Below, piece after piece: positions 1 through 8,946 of a stretch of DNA of 64,000 bases (position 1 is its first letter; each line of letters opens with the position of its first letter). Position numbers and translations under genes: made by a program. Source of the stretch: Armatimonadota bacterium (GTDB lineage Bacteria; Armatimonadota; Fimbriimonadia; Fimbriimonadales; Fimbriimonadaceae); NCBI GenBank assembly GCA_016125185.1, contig WGMG01000009.1, positions 34,314 through 98,313 of the forward strand. Direction: 5' to 3'. The notes beneath the pieces are model-generated. The model ran no database searches, was not told the origin of the DNA, and saw only the letters and a list, made by a program, of their open reading frames with translations.

Positions 1-900
1 CATGTTGAAGGTTCGGTACATTTCCTGTTCGGAAATCTGCCCTGCGTTCTGAATCAACTGGAAGATCGGGCTCGGAGTCCACGACCGCTTTTCGACCAGC
101 ACCTTCACGCTCGCTGGCAACACGCGCGGAATATTGTCGAAGAAGCCTCCGCCCGTCAGGTGCGCGATCGCATGAATCGTCGGTTGCTGGAGCAACGGGA
201 AAACCGAGTTGAAGTAGCACCGATGCGGTTCCAAGAGGGCTTGGCCGATGCTACAGCCGAGTTCTTCCGGCTCGTCGCGAACGCTGTATCCGCCGACTTC
301 GAAGAGGGCCCGTCGGGCCAAAGAAAATCCATTGGTGTGCAGGCCGTTGCTGGCCAGGCCAATCACCATGTCGCCCGCATTCACCGTCTTCGGGAGGCGC
401 ATTTCGCTTTCCACGATGCCGACGATCGTGCCCACGATGTCGATCTCACCTTCCACATAGACGCCGGGCATTTCGGCGGTTTCGCCGCCGATGAGCGCGC
501 ATCCCACCTCGCCACAAGCCTCGGCCATCGAGCCGACAACCGCTTCAAAGACTTCGGCCGAGAGCACCGAGCTGGCGTAGTAGTCGAGGAAGAAAAGCGG
601 CCGGGCACCTTGGCACAGAATGTCGTTCACGCAGTGGTTGACGATGTCCTTACCGAGGTTCGAATAGTCCCCTGCCATTTGGGCCACTTTGGTCTTGGTC
701 CCAACGCCATCGATCGACGAAACGAGCAACGGATTGGAGTAGCCAGGGAAGGTTGCGCGGTACAGCGAACCGAAACTGCCCATCGCGCCAACCACGTCTT
801 CACCCTGCGTGGCCTGAATCTTGCCGACCACGGCGCGGAGCGCGCGGCTCGCCTCGTCGATATTGACTCCGGCGGAAGCGTAGGTCAGTTCATTGCTCAT
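1..900 (-). CDS. purM: Phosphoribosylformylglycinamidine cyclo-ligase (AIR synthetase), N-terminal ~300 aa; C-terminus lies beyond the left window edge
   Basis: Absent from the ORF track because the frame is open at the window edge. Hand translation of the reverse strand from ATG (898-900) gives MSNELTYASAGVNIDEASRALR...SIDGVGTKTKVA...NHCVNDILCQGARPLFFLDYY...GGETAEMPGVY, which are typical PurM motifs. The + strand ORFs 160-909 and 248-460 are antisense shadows. Confidence 0.85.
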   Translation of the reverse strand, partial: MSNELTYASAGVNIDEASRALRAVVGKIQATQGEDVVGAMGSFGSLYRATFPGYSNPLLVSSIDGVGTKTKVAQMAGDYSNLGKDIVNHCVNDILCQGARPLFFLDYYASSVLSAEVFEAVVGSMAEACGEVGCALIGGETAEMPGVYVEGEIDIVGTIVGIVESEMRLPKTVNAGDMVIGLASNGLHTNGFSLARRALFEVGGYSVRDEPEELGCSIGQALLEPHRCYFNSVFPLLQQPTIHAIAHLTGGGFFDNIPRVLPASVKVLVEKRSWTPSPIFQLIQNAGQISEQEMYRTFNM

Positions 901-965
901 CCCTATTAATCTACCTTGGGCCCCCTTATTTTGGTTCGCCTCGGCGGGGTATCATCTTTCGGTTC

Positions 966-1040
966 GGGTCTGTAGCTCAGCGGTAGAGCAGTGGCCTTTT
1001 AAGCCATTGGTCGAGGGTTCGAATCCCTCCGGACCCACCA
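966..1040 (+). tRNA. tRNA-Lys (anticodon UUU), CCA encoded
   Basis: GGGTCTGTAGCTCAGCGGTAGAGCAGTGGCCTTTTAAGCCATTGGTCGAGGGTTCGAATCCCTCCGGACCCACCA folds by hand into a cloverleaf. It has a 7-bp acceptor stem (one G-U), anticodon loop CTTTTAA and T-loop GGTTCGAAT. Confidence 0.9.
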
Positions 1041-1046
1041 GACTTC

Positions 1047-1071
1047 GCCAAGGCTTCGTCTTGGCAATTTT
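1047..1071 (+). terminator. Candidate intrinsic terminator after tRNA-Lys
   Basis: GCCAAG-gcttcgt-CTTGGC hairpin (6 bp) followed by AATTTT. Confidence 0.45.
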
Positions 1072-1191
1072 CAAACCCCGACGAATAGGCTGCGCCATTG
1101 ATGCTGGAGGTCACGACAGCCTCGCTCCAAACTCCCAACTGAAAGAAACGCAACCTCAACCGGCGTATAGTGGTATGAATCGGAAACGTCG

Positions 1192-2301
1192 ATGCAGCCA
1201 CCTTTCTCCGCCCACCAGATCCGCGGCTTCCTCTTTCTGGCTATCTGCCTGACCGTCGTCGGCCTTTCCGTCACCATTTTGCTCCCGTTCCTGTCGGCCA
1301 TCCTCTGGGCCACGACGCTCAGCGTCCTGACCTTTCCCTGGTTCGAAAAGTCGCGTAAGCGGTACCAAGCTATCCGAGAATCGGGCGCGACCGGACTCAA
1401 AGGTTGGACCGCCAGAGCAGGTGACTCGGTTGCCGCTGTCAAGAGCGTCCTCCTGACTATGCTCGTGATCTGCCTGCCGTTCGTCCTCCTCGGAAGCCTC
1501 GCCTTTAGCCAGGTCGGCCCCGCCCTCAACGACATGCAAGGCACGACCGGATTCGAGATGACCGACCGCATCGACCAGGTGCTCCACCCCATCGCCGAGA
1601 AGATCGGCATCCACGATTTCCACGTCAAGCAGTGGTGGATCGAGAACTCGGATGAAGTGGTCAAGAACCTGCGCGAGCCCGCTGGGTCATTCGCCAAACG
1701 CGCCGGGGCAACCCTCTTCACGATGATCATCGCCCTCCTCTCGATGTTCTTTTTCCAGCGCGACGCCCGCTCGCTCAAGGCCCCGTTCCTCGACTTCTGT
1801 GGGCTCCCGCCCGAGAAGGGCGAAGAAATCTTAGTAAAAGTTCAAAAGACGATCCGCGCCGTCTTCTCCGGTTCCGTCATCGTCGCCGTCATCCAGGGCA
1901 CCATCATGGGCATCACCTACGCCTGCCTCGGCGTGCCTGCTCCCGCCCTCCTTGGCTTCATCTCCATCGTGCTCTGTATCGTGCCCTTGCTCGGCGCGCC
2001 GATCATCTATATCCCCGTCGGGCTCCTTTTCCTGGCCCAAGGTGACCTCGTCAAAGCTGCCGTCGTGCTCGGAGTCGGATTCCTGATCGTCAGCCAGATC
2101 GACAACGTCCTCAAGCCCTATTTCATCAGCAATCAGGTCAGTCTGCACCCGCTCGCCATCTTCTTTTTCGTGCTCGGCGGCATCTCGCTCTTCGGCCCCA
2201 TCGGCCTCATGGTCGGCCCAATGATCCTCACCATCTTCCTGGCCCTAGTGGATTACACGCGTGGTTTGCTAAACTTGCCGGAAGTGCATGATTCTGCGTG
2301 A
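1192..2301 (+). CDS. AI-2E family transporter (PerM/UPF0118-like permease)
   Basis: 369-aa polytopic membrane protein. The C-terminal region VLKPYFISNQVSLHPLAIFFFVLGGISLFGPIGLMVGPMILTIF is typical of the AI-2E family. Confidence 0.8.
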   Translation: MQPPFSAHQIRGFLFLAICLTVVGLSVTILLPFLSAILWATTLSVLTFPWFEKSRKRYQAIRESGATGLKGWTARAGDSVAAVKSVLLTMLVICLPFVLLGSLAFSQVGPALNDMQGTTGFEMTDRIDQVLHPIAEKIGIHDFHVKQWWIENSDEVVKNLREPAGSFAKRAGATLFTMIIALLSMFFFQRDARSLKAPFLDFCGLPPEKGEEILVKVQKTIRAVFSGSVIVAVIQGTIMGITYACLGVPAPALLGFISIVLCIVPLLGAPIIYIPVGLLFLAQGDLVKAAVVLGVGFLIVSQIDNVLKPYFISNQVSLHPLAIFFFVLGGISLFGPIGLMVGPMILTIFLALVDYTRGLLNLPEVHDSA

Positions 2302-3103
2302 TTGGCTCATGGAGGCGTCGGACCGTCTCAACCATGCCGGAATAGCCTCGGCCAAGCTCGAGGCCCAGCTTCTCGCCGGTCACGCCATGCTCGTCGATCG
2401 GGCCTGGATCCTGTCCCATCCCGAGCATGAAGTCAACGCGCTTGCCCTCGAAGGTCTGCTCCAACGCCGCGAGAATGGCGAGCCGCTCGCCTATATTCTC
2501 GGCTACCGCGAGTTCTATGGGCGCAAGTTCCGCGTCGACCGAAACGTCCTCATTCCACGCCACGAAACCGAAGTCCTGATCGAAAAAGCCCTCGAGACCG
2601 AAAACAAAATGCTTCGGGTGCTCGACCTCGGCACCGGCTCTGGGTGCGTCGCCATCACCCTAAAACTCGAACGGCCCGAGTGGGACGTCTGGGCGACGGA
2701 CATCTCGTCGGGGGCTCTGCAGGTCGCCCGCGAAAACGCCGAGACGCTCGGCGCCGAGATCACCTTTCGCCACTCGAACCTCTTCGACTACCTCGAATAC
2801 GAGAAATTCGACCTCATCGTCTCGAACCCGCCCTACATCGGCCGCGATGAGGAACTGCCGGTGGAGGTGAAGGAATTTGAACCAGAAACCGCTCTCTTTG
2901 CTGACAATTTCGGCCTGGAAATCTACCAAAAGATCAGTAAGGACATTCGGTGCAAGCTGGAAAAAGGCGGACGCCTTCTCCTCGAAATCGGACATCTGCA
3001 GGGCAAGCTCGTCTCCAATCTGTTCCCTGGCTCGAAGGTCCACAAAGACCTCGACGGCAACGACCGCGTCGTCGAATGGGTCTACGCCGAAGACAAGGCC
3101 TGA
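2288..3103 (+). CDS. prmC: Release factor glutamine N5-methyltransferase (HemK/PrmC)
   Basis: Carries the VLDLGTGSGCVAI SAM-binding motif and the SNPPYI (NPPY) catalytic motif. GEPLAYILGYREFYGRKF is typical of PrmC. Overlaps the preceding gene by 14 nt. Confidence 0.85.
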   Translation: MILRDWLMEASDRLNHAGIASAKLEAQLLAGHAMLVDRAWILSHPEHEVNALALEGLLQRRENGEPLAYILGYREFYGRKFRVDRNVLIPRHETEVLIEKALETENKMLRVLDLGTGSGCVAITLKLERPEWDVWATDISSGALQVARENAETLGAEITFRHSNLFDYLEYEKFDLIVSNPPYIGRDEELPVEVKEFEPETALFADNFGLEIYQKISKDIRCKLEKGGRLLLEIGHLQGKLVSNLFPGSKVHKDLDGNDRVVEWVYAEDKA

Positions 3104-3939
3104 ACGTCCACCCCGACGTCCATCTGTGCGGTTCCGAACCCCATGAAGACGCCCTTGATCGGCGTCACGTCGCTATAGTCGCGCCCGACGTGCACCTTCA
3201 CATATCGGTCGTCGACCAAGATGTTGTTCGTCGGGTCTACCCCCAGCCATAGGCCGCTCGGCAACAGGACCTCCACCCACGCGTGCGTGGCCTGTGTGCC
3301 CCGTAGCTCGTGGTGGTCGCCCAGATACAGGTAGCCGCTGACATACCGCGCCGCAAGCCCAAGTGACCGGCAACAGGCGATCATCAGGTGTGAGAAATCC
3401 TGGCAGACCCCCGCCTTCAGGTCGAAAAGCTCATGTAACAGCGAGTGAACGTTGGTCAGGTTCGCCTGATAGTCGAACGTCCCGAAAATCTTCTCCTTCA
3501 GTTCCAGCACGAACATCGCGGTGTTGCCCGCCGTCTTCGGCACCAGATCGCCGACGAAAGCCGACACCTCCGGCAACTGCTGAATGTAAGGGCTCTCGGT
3601 CAGGAATTCGGCGTAACGGTTTCGGTACTCGTCGTCGGGTTCAAAAACCCAATCGTTCGAAATCAGGTCGATGGACTCAAACACGTCCCGCTGGATCGTC
3701 TCCACCACCGACTCGGCCAGCACGTCCAACTCCTCATGGGCGTCCATCACCGAGAAGTGGTTGACGAACCCACCGATCGTCTCATACTCGTACACCTTGG
3801 CGCGCGGCGATACCCGCACCTTGTACTCCAGGCACCGCTGAACTTCGTTCGTCAGCGGCTTCAGACGAATCTCGTTATGACTCGCCGACGACTGCCCGAC
3901 GTACGCGTAATGGGTTCGGTGGTGGATCGAGAGCCTCAT
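3082..3939 (-). CDS. Transglutaminase-like family protein (N-terminal Bact_transglu_N plus cysteine-protease-like core)
   Basis: MRLSIHHRTHYAYVGQSSASHNEIRLKP is the typical N-terminus. The core GVCQDFSHLMIACCRSLGLAARYVSGY...THAWVEV carries a Cys/His signature. Confidence 0.8.
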   Translation of the reverse strand: MRLSIHHRTHYAYVGQSSASHNEIRLKPLTNEVQRCLEYKVRVSPRAKVYEYETIGGFVNHFSVMDAHEELDVLAESVVETIQRDVFESIDLISNDWVFEPDDEYRNRYAEFLTESPYIQQLPEVSAFVGDLVPKTAGNTAMFVLELKEKIFGTFDYQANLTNVHSLLHELFDLKAGVCQDFSHLMIACCRSLGLAARYVSGYLYLGDHHELRGTQATHAWVEVLLPSGLWLGVDPTNNILVDDRYVKVHVGRDYSDVTPIKGVFMGFGTAQMDVGVDVQALSSA

Positions 3940-4937
3940 CAGAACGAAAGGTAGGTGGAGTAGATCGCGTCGCCGATGCGGTTACACCGCTCCTGCAGGC
4001 CCTCCAGGAACTCGTGCAGGCCCTGGGCGACGATGTCTTCCCCATTCATGTAGTTCAAGTCGTTGTACAGCCGTCCGATTTCGCGCTCGGCCCGATTGGT
4101 TGGTGCGACCGAATTGTTGCCCGAAATCCGGCGGATATTCTTGTCCACCTGGCGCATCGAATACCGAACGCTGGCGGGAAAATCTGGATTGAGGATCAGA
4201 AATTGCGCCACCGCCTCAGGAGTAAACGCCCGGGTGCTGGTCTTCCGAAACGCCTCGAAAGCGCCCACCGACTTTAGCACCGCCGCCCAGCCGTGCGTAT
4301 CGATCGGACCGCCCACGCTCAGTGGGTCGCGGAATCCGGTTTCGTCGATCGCGACCGTTTCGGCCGAGAATCGAGGCAGAAGGTCATGGTATTTCACGTC
4401 GAGAATCCTCGCGGTCTGGTCTGCTCGTTCGAGAAACCGCCCGCACTGGAAGAAGTCTTTCGTCTCCCCCGTCATTAATGTTCGGTCGGCGATGCCTTGG
4501 AACAGATGCGAGCTTTCCTTCACCATCTGAAAGAATGCGTTCGGGCTCCGCTTCAGAACCTTATCCACGTTCCACGACTTGTAGTCGAGAAACACCCGGT
4601 TGGCGCACTCCCACATCTCACTACTAATCTGATCCCGAATCGCGCGGGCGTTTTCCCGAGCCGAGTTCAGACATGAAGATACAGACGAAAAATTCTTGGG
4701 ATCGAAGGCAAAAAAGTACAGGATGTTCCGCTCGTTCAGTTCGCTATACCGGTCGTGAAATTCGTCGTCGTTGCCGCTGATGGCCAAGATCGACGACCAC
4801 CGCAACACCTCGCCGACGTACCGGCTCTCCAGGCCGAAGTGGTAGTGAACGTCGATCATCCTGGCCGTCGCTTCGGCCCGCTCCATGTATCGACCCAGCC
4901 AGTACGCGCTGTCCGCGTGGCGGCTAAGCATTCTCAC
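3939..4937 (-). CDS. Alpha-E domain protein (DUF403)
   Basis: MLSRHADSAYWLGRYMERAEATARMIDV is the characteristic alpha-E N-terminus. Its stop shares 1 nt with the start of the downstream transglutaminase gene. Confidence 0.8.
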   Translation of the reverse strand: MRMLSRHADSAYWLGRYMERAEATARMIDVHYHFGLESRYVGEVLRWSSILAISGNDDEFHDRYSELNERNILYFFAFDPKNFSSVSSCLNSARENARAIRDQISSEMWECANRVFLDYKSWNVDKVLKRSPNAFFQMVKESSHLFQGIADRTLMTGETKDFFQCGRFLERADQTARILDVKYHDLLPRFSAETVAIDETGFRDPLSVGGPIDTHGWAAVLKSVGAFEAFRKTSTRAFTPEAVAQFLILNPDFPASVRYSMRQVDKNIRRISGNNSVAPTNRAEREIGRLYNDLNYMNGEDIVAQGLHEFLEGLQERCNRIGDAIYSTYLSF

Positions 4938-6450
4938 CGCCCTGGAACTGCATCTGCGCCACCGCCGATTGCATTTGGCTCTGATGCGCGGCGTCCTCGA
5001 ACAGGACCCACGTGTCCTTGCTCCCGCCGCCCTGACTGCTGTTCACCACGTACGACCCCTTACGGAGCGCTACGCGGGTCAGTCCGCCCGGCGTAACCGT
5101 GACTTTGTCTTTCCCGACCAAAATGTACGGACGAAGGTCGATGTGCCGACCCTCGAAGTGGTCGCCAAAGAAGCAGGGTGAGCGCGACAAACCGATCAGC
5201 GGTTGGCCGATGTAGTTGCGCGGATTTTCTCGAATGCGCTTACGGAATTCGTCGATCTCGTCGTTGGTCGCCTGCGGACCGATGAGCATGCCGTATCCGC
5301 CGGACTCGTTGGCGGCTTTGATGACCAACTCGCCGGTGCGCGTCAGCATCTCGTTCAGATCGTCTTCCCGCCACCCGACGTAGGTCGGCACCTGGGCCAG
5401 GATCGGCTCCTCGTTCAGATAGAACCGAATCATGTCGTGGACGTACGGGTACACCGCCTTGTCGTCGGCTACGCCGGTTCCAATGCCGTTCGCAATGGCA
5501 ACGTTGCCGGCGCGATAAGCATTGACGAGCCCGGCGCAGCCGAGGACACTTTCGGGGCGGAAGGTCAACGGGTCGAGGAAGTCGTCGTCCACGCGGCGGT
5601 AGATCACATCCACGCGCTTCTTCCCCTTCGTCGTCTTCATGTACACAAAATTGTCGTCCGTAAATAGGTCGCGCCCTTCGACCAGTTCGATGCCCATCTG
5701 CTGAGCCAAGAACGCATGCTCGAAGTAGGCGGAATTGAACACGCCCGGAGTTAGGAGGACGACGTTCGGGTCGGAATCATTCCCCTGATACAGCTCGCGC
5801 AGGTTGGTGATGAGCTGGGCCGCATAGTCGCCGATGGGCCGGACCTTGCTGTCCTTGAACAGGCTCGGAAACACCTTCATCATTAGCAGGCGGTTCTCCA
5901 GCATGTAGCTGACGCCGCTGGGCGTCCGGCAGTTATCCTCCAGCACGCAGTACGTACCCTTGTCGTCGCGGATCAGGTCGGTGCCGCAGATGTGGACGTA
6001 GATGTCGTGCGGCGGCTGAGCGCCAGTGAACTCTCGCCGGAAGTTCGAAGCCTTCACAACCAGCTCGGTGGGGATGATGCCGGCACGAAGGATTTCTTGG
6101 TCGTGGTAGACATCGTACAGGAAGTGGTTGAGCGCCTTCACCCGCTGGACCAGTCCGTCCTCGATGTGGTCCCACTCGCTGGCAGGAACGATTCTCGGCA
6201 CGAGATCGACCGGGAACGGCTTCTCGATCCCCTGGTCGCTTCCGTAGACGGTAAAGGTGATGCCTTGGTGAACCAGCGTGAGGTCGGCCAGTTCGCAACG
6301 GGCGTGAAACTCTTCCGCCGTCATCTCGGAGAGGCGATTGACCAGACCGGCGTAGTGGGCGCGTGCGGCTCCGTCGGCAAACGCTTCGTCGAAGAATCCA
6401 TCTTCGGAGTAGCCGGAAAAGAGCGAAAGGGCGGTGTCTGACTCAGCCAT
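4924..6450 (-). CDS. Circularly permuted type-2 ATP-grasp protein (DUF404/DUF407)
   Basis: Family-typical blocks: FTVYGSDQGIEKPFPVDLVPRI, IRDDKGTYCVLEDNCRTPSGVSYMLENR, GYGMLIGPQAT. The track start (TTG 6480) is probably over-extended. An in-frame ATG at 6450 (MAESDTAL...) sits downstream of a near-consensus promoter. Confidence 0.8.
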   Translation of the reverse strand: MAESDTALSLFSGYSEDGFFDEAFADGAARAHYAGLVNRLSEMTAEEFHARCELADLTLVHQGITFTVYGSDQGIEKPFPVDLVPRIVPASEWDHIEDGLVQRVKALNHFLYDVYHDQEILRAGIIPTELVVKASNFRREFTGAQPPHDIYVHICGTDLIRDDKGTYCVLEDNCRTPSGVSYMLENRLLMMKVFPSLFKDSKVRPIGDYAAQLITNLRELYQGNDSDPNVVLLTPGVFNSAYFEHAFLAQQMGIELVEGRDLFTDDNFVYMKTTKGKKRVDVIYRRVDDDFLDPLTFRPESVLGCAGLVNAYRAGNVAIANGIGTGVADDKAVYPYVHDMIRFYLNEEPILAQVPTYVGWREDDLNEMLTRTGELVIKAANESGGYGMLIGPQATNDEIDEFRKRIRENPRNYIGQPLIGLSRSPCFFGDHFEGRHIDLRPYILVGKDKVTVTPGGLTRVALRKGSYVVNSSQGGGSKDTWVLFEDAAHQSQMQSAVAQMQFQGGENA

Positions 6451-6484
6451 GAACGATGACCTGTGGGCACCCTTGACCAAGCCG

Positions 6485-6513
6485 ATTATAGCAAGCGTCC
6501 TCGCCTACGTCAA
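6485..6513 (-). promoter_or_regulatory. Near-consensus sigma70-type promoter for the ATP-grasp/alpha-E/transglutaminase operon
   Basis: The reverse strand reads TTGACG-17 nt-TATAAT (-35 at 6508-6513, -10 at 6485-6490), about 35 nt upstream of ATG 6450. Confidence 0.5.
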
Positions 6514-6522
6514 GATCAAGTC

Positions 6523-7731
6523 TTAGGCCGGTTTCTTGTACTTGGCCAAGGCATCAGTCAGGTGCCAAAGGAGCGGGTCAGACTTGATTTGCCTAGTCAA
6601 GGTCTTCAGAAACTTGTGCGCCAGTTCCGATCCCGCGCTTCCGAAAGAATCGATGATCTCGCACTGCTTCATCCAGTCCGACGCGGTCCATGCACTCTGC
6701 AATTGCCTGATCGCCTCGCCCTTTTCTGTCAAGTCATCACTGCACTCGACCAGAGTTCGAAGAACTTCAAAGTGCAGATCTGGATCGGAAGCGGACCTCT
6801 CCCCCCGAGCGGCGGCGAGGGCCTCCTGGCCATTCAGATGCCTCAAATCCTGCAACATCCGACTTTTTTGGCTCGGTTTGGCATCCCTGAACAGATCCTT
6901 CAGGAAAGGAACTGCGTCCTGGTTACCCGAATTCCCCAACGTCGTGGCGGTCAGACCTGCGCTCATCAGCTTTCGGCGATGAGCTTGAATTGCGAAGTAA
7001 GCCGCACCGGGTCGGTGTGTCGCGCTAAGGACTCGCCCCAGAATGATCCGAAACTTTGCCTGCTCATCCTTCTCGGTGTAGGGTTGCTGAAGCAGCAGTT
7101 CTCCGACTATCTTGACGACGTCATCAGAGTGAACATCCATCAGATACATGCAAGCCTCCCACTTCATGTTCAGCGGGGCATCGGACGTGATGTATTGCAG
7201 CAGTTTTGGCGCGTAAAAGTGCTTATTTTCCCAGAATTGCACCATAAATCCGTAGGCTAAGGTGGTCTCCAACTCGACGCTCCCGAGCTCAGCCTTTTGG
7301 GTTTCAACAAGGGCACTCTCCAACGTTGGCGCCGGAAGTAGCCTAAACGTCAGTTTGGATTGCATCACCTGCCCAGGAGCGGGGAGAAGGACGAGGTCTC
7401 CTTTTTCACCCTTCACCATAACAAGACCCGAAAAGTACGTTTGCCCACTAAACGGGGCACTTGCTTTGCCAATCTCATGATCGTTGTAGGTTTCGACCTT
7501 TAACTGAAGCTGGTTGCCCAGATCCTTCCAAGCCCCCGCCAAATAAGACACGTTGAACGACCTGGGTGTGATCGACAGATATCCGGGGAAAATGGCCTGA
7601 TACAGATCTCGATCTTTTTCAGCGCAGCTCGAATAGTCCGGTTTGTAGATTCCGCACGGAGCCTTGAACTCCATCAGCAACGGCTTTTGAGCCGCTTGTG
7701 CCAGTGCGACCAACGGAACCAGAAACGTCAT
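6523..7731 (-). CDS. Secreted hypothetical protein with C-terminal HEAT/armadillo-like helical repeats
   Basis: Signal-peptide-like N-terminus MTFLVPLVALAQA/AQ. The C-terminal half is helical-repeat-like (AVPFLKDLFRDAKPSQKSRMLQDLRHLNGQEAL...). No family recognised. Visibly more A/T-rich than its neighbours. Confidence 0.6.
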   Translation of the reverse strand: MTFLVPLVALAQAAQKPLLMEFKAPCGIYKPDYSSCAEKDRDLYQAIFPGYLSITPRSFNVSYLAGAWKDLGNQLQLKVETYNDHEIGKASAPFSGQTYFSGLVMVKGEKGDLVLLPAPGQVMQSKLTFRLLPAPTLESALVETQKAELGSVELETTLAYGFMVQFWENKHFYAPKLLQYITSDAPLNMKWEACMYLMDVHSDDVVKIVGELLLQQPYTEKDEQAKFRIILGRVLSATHRPGAAYFAIQAHRRKLMSAGLTATTLGNSGNQDAVPFLKDLFRDAKPSQKSRMLQDLRHLNGQEALAAARGERSASDPDLHFEVLRTLVECSDDLTEKGEAIRQLQSAWTASDWMKQCEIIDSFGSAGSELAHKFLKTLTRQIKSDPLLWHLTDALAKYKKPA

Positions 7732-7748
7732 GGCTATTCCCCAATACG

Positions 7749-7776
7749 ATTATAGGGGAAGTTTGGTTGACCTCAA
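7749..7776 (-). promoter_or_regulatory. Candidate sigma70-type promoter of the 402-aa gene
   Basis: The reverse strand reads TTGAGG-16 nt-TATAAT (-35 at 7771-7776, -10 at 7749-7754), with the -10 ending 17 nt before ATG 7731. Confidence 0.45.
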
Positions 7777-7802
7777 ATCACCCATTGGTTGCCGCCTCGC
7801 TT

Positions 7803-7913
7803 AGGTTCAACGGACCGCAATTCACGATCACTTACCTAAGAAAGTAGTAAGTGATGATCTCGTATGAAAGCGACGATCATCACGATTCCATGCCTTAGGG
7901 AAATGAAAGTGAT
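7803..7913. repeat. Copy A of a ~115-bp structured intergenic module (contains palindrome ATCACTTAC-N11-GTAAGTGAT)
   Basis: Shares the ordered blocks AGGTTCAA / TCACG-N-TCAC / GTGATGAT / ATGAA..GCG / GATCATCA / TTCC-N-TG / AGGGAAATGA-NN-GTGAT with copy B, in the same orientation. Confidence 0.7.
7876..7902. repeat. Left arm of a perfect 27-bp inverted repeat (ATCATCACGATTCCATGCCTTAGGGAA)
   Basis: Its exact reverse complement occurs at 8947-8973 (27/27 by hand comparison). Confidence 0.85.
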
Positions 7914-8173
7914 TTGTCATTCGCTGGAGAGTGGGCGTCACTTTGGCGAGAGAACTGCATTTTAGAACCGTCGTGGCACCGGTAAAGACGTCTGCTTTGT
8001 CCGCCGAAGTCCAAGGAACGAGGACGTAGGAGGACGAAGTTGGGATTTACCAGTGGTTTCACGAGCACCGTGTCCCAAGTCCGATCCTTTCCCGCATAGC
8101 CTTCGGCTATACGGGCCACCCGAGTCTGTCTCCTTGTATCACTCAGCGGGCATTTCTAACTGGGAGGGCGGGT

Positions 8174-8779
8174 TCATGATTGGCTACTTGGTTCTCCTTG
8201 AGGAGCCATCCTGTCTCTTGGCGACTTTTGGAAACCCGTGACTACGGGTTTCGAGTAGAAAGTTAAACCGCCAAAGTTCGCAGATTCCGGGGTCGTTGCC
8301 CCAAATCGAATTTTGTTCTGCCCAGCTAGTGCCTTCCTTTCTTCATTATCGGGGACCCAAGTGATCACCTTTGATTCGCCAGGAGCCCAGGACATTTCAT
8401 ATTTAGCCGCTGAAATCAAATCAATCAAGTCGATCCAGCCGCCGACTTTGGTAATTTCAGGGTCTTCGTTTACACCATCAACCGAGATGTAAATGTCTTC
8501 CTCCTTCTGAGGGCCCAGGTTCGTGACGGTTATTGCGATTCGCAAACTTGGACTCTTTGAAAGAACTTTCGCGGTGACCGCGAGCTTCGTCTTCGAAATA
8601 TCCTTGGGAATCTTGTCACTTGCGGGACCATATCTGACGGCTGGCGGTGTCTTCGATGGGGGGACCCGATCGCCCTCTATTGCTACGGACGCGCTGGTAC
8701 TGCCGCCACCGGAGTGAGCGTTGCAGGCAATTCCCGTGACCAGAATTGCTAACCAGACACTTTGGTATCTTCCACTCAC
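8174..8779 (-). CDS. Hypothetical lipoprotein
   Basis: GTG start. The N-terminus MSGRYQSVWLAILVTGIAC has a lipobox-like TGIAC. The mature part is beta-rich with no family recognised. The gene is A/T-richer than its surroundings. Confidence 0.6.
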   Translation of the reverse strand: MSGRYQSVWLAILVTGIACNAHSGGGSTSASVAIEGDRVPPSKTPPAVRYGPASDKIPKDISKTKLAVTAKVLSKSPSLRIAITVTNLGPQKEEDIYISVDGVNEDPEITKVGGWIDLIDLISAAKYEMSWAPGESKVITWVPDNEERKALAGQNKIRFGATTPESANFGGLTFYSKPVVTGFQKSPRDRMAPQGEPSSQS

Positions 8780-8807
8780 TCTCTAACCTATCCTTTCCTT
8801 AACGTTC

Positions 8808-8923
8808 AGGTTCAAATCGCTGAAATCACGTTCACATCATCTATAAATAGATGATGTGATGATAACCATGAAGAGCGCAACCGAGATCATCATTTTTCCG
8901 TGGGTAAGGGAAATGATCGTGAT
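8808..8923. repeat. Copy B of the ~115-bp structured module (contains perfect palindrome TCACATCATCTAT-AA-ATAGATGATGTGA at 8832-8859)
   Basis: Has the same ordered conserved blocks as copy A. The inner palindrome differs in sequence, but both arms changed together, so complementarity is kept. Confidence 0.7.
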
Positions 8924-8946
8924 AACACAATGAGCTTCACGGTCAC

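Noticed and set aside
160-909. 249-aa + strand ORF (and nested ORFs 156-608) at the left edge
   Set aside because: Exact antisense of a clearly recognisable purM reading frame, with an Arg/His-rich nonsense composition. A typical high-GC shadow ORF.
931-955. Possible promoter for tRNA-Lys (TTGGTT ... TATCAT)
   Set aside because: The spacer between the best hexamers is only 13 nt. The alternative -35 (TTATTT, 17-nt spacer) is poor. Not reported as a feature.
8040-8115. Minus-strand GCGGGAAAGGAUCGGACUUGGG and GGUGCUCGUGAAACCACUGGUAAAUCCCA, vaguely reminiscent of RNase P P4 (GAGGAAAGUCCGG) or cobalamin-riboswitch cores
   Set aside because: The matches are only a few nucleotides. The other obligatory conserved elements of either RNA are absent. 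Kept only as unexplained structured RNA in the findings.
8138-8176. 12-codon micro-ORF (MNPPSQLEMPAE) whose ATG overlaps the lipoprotein stop (ATGA)
   Set aside because: Too short, with no supporting signal. Likely coincidental.
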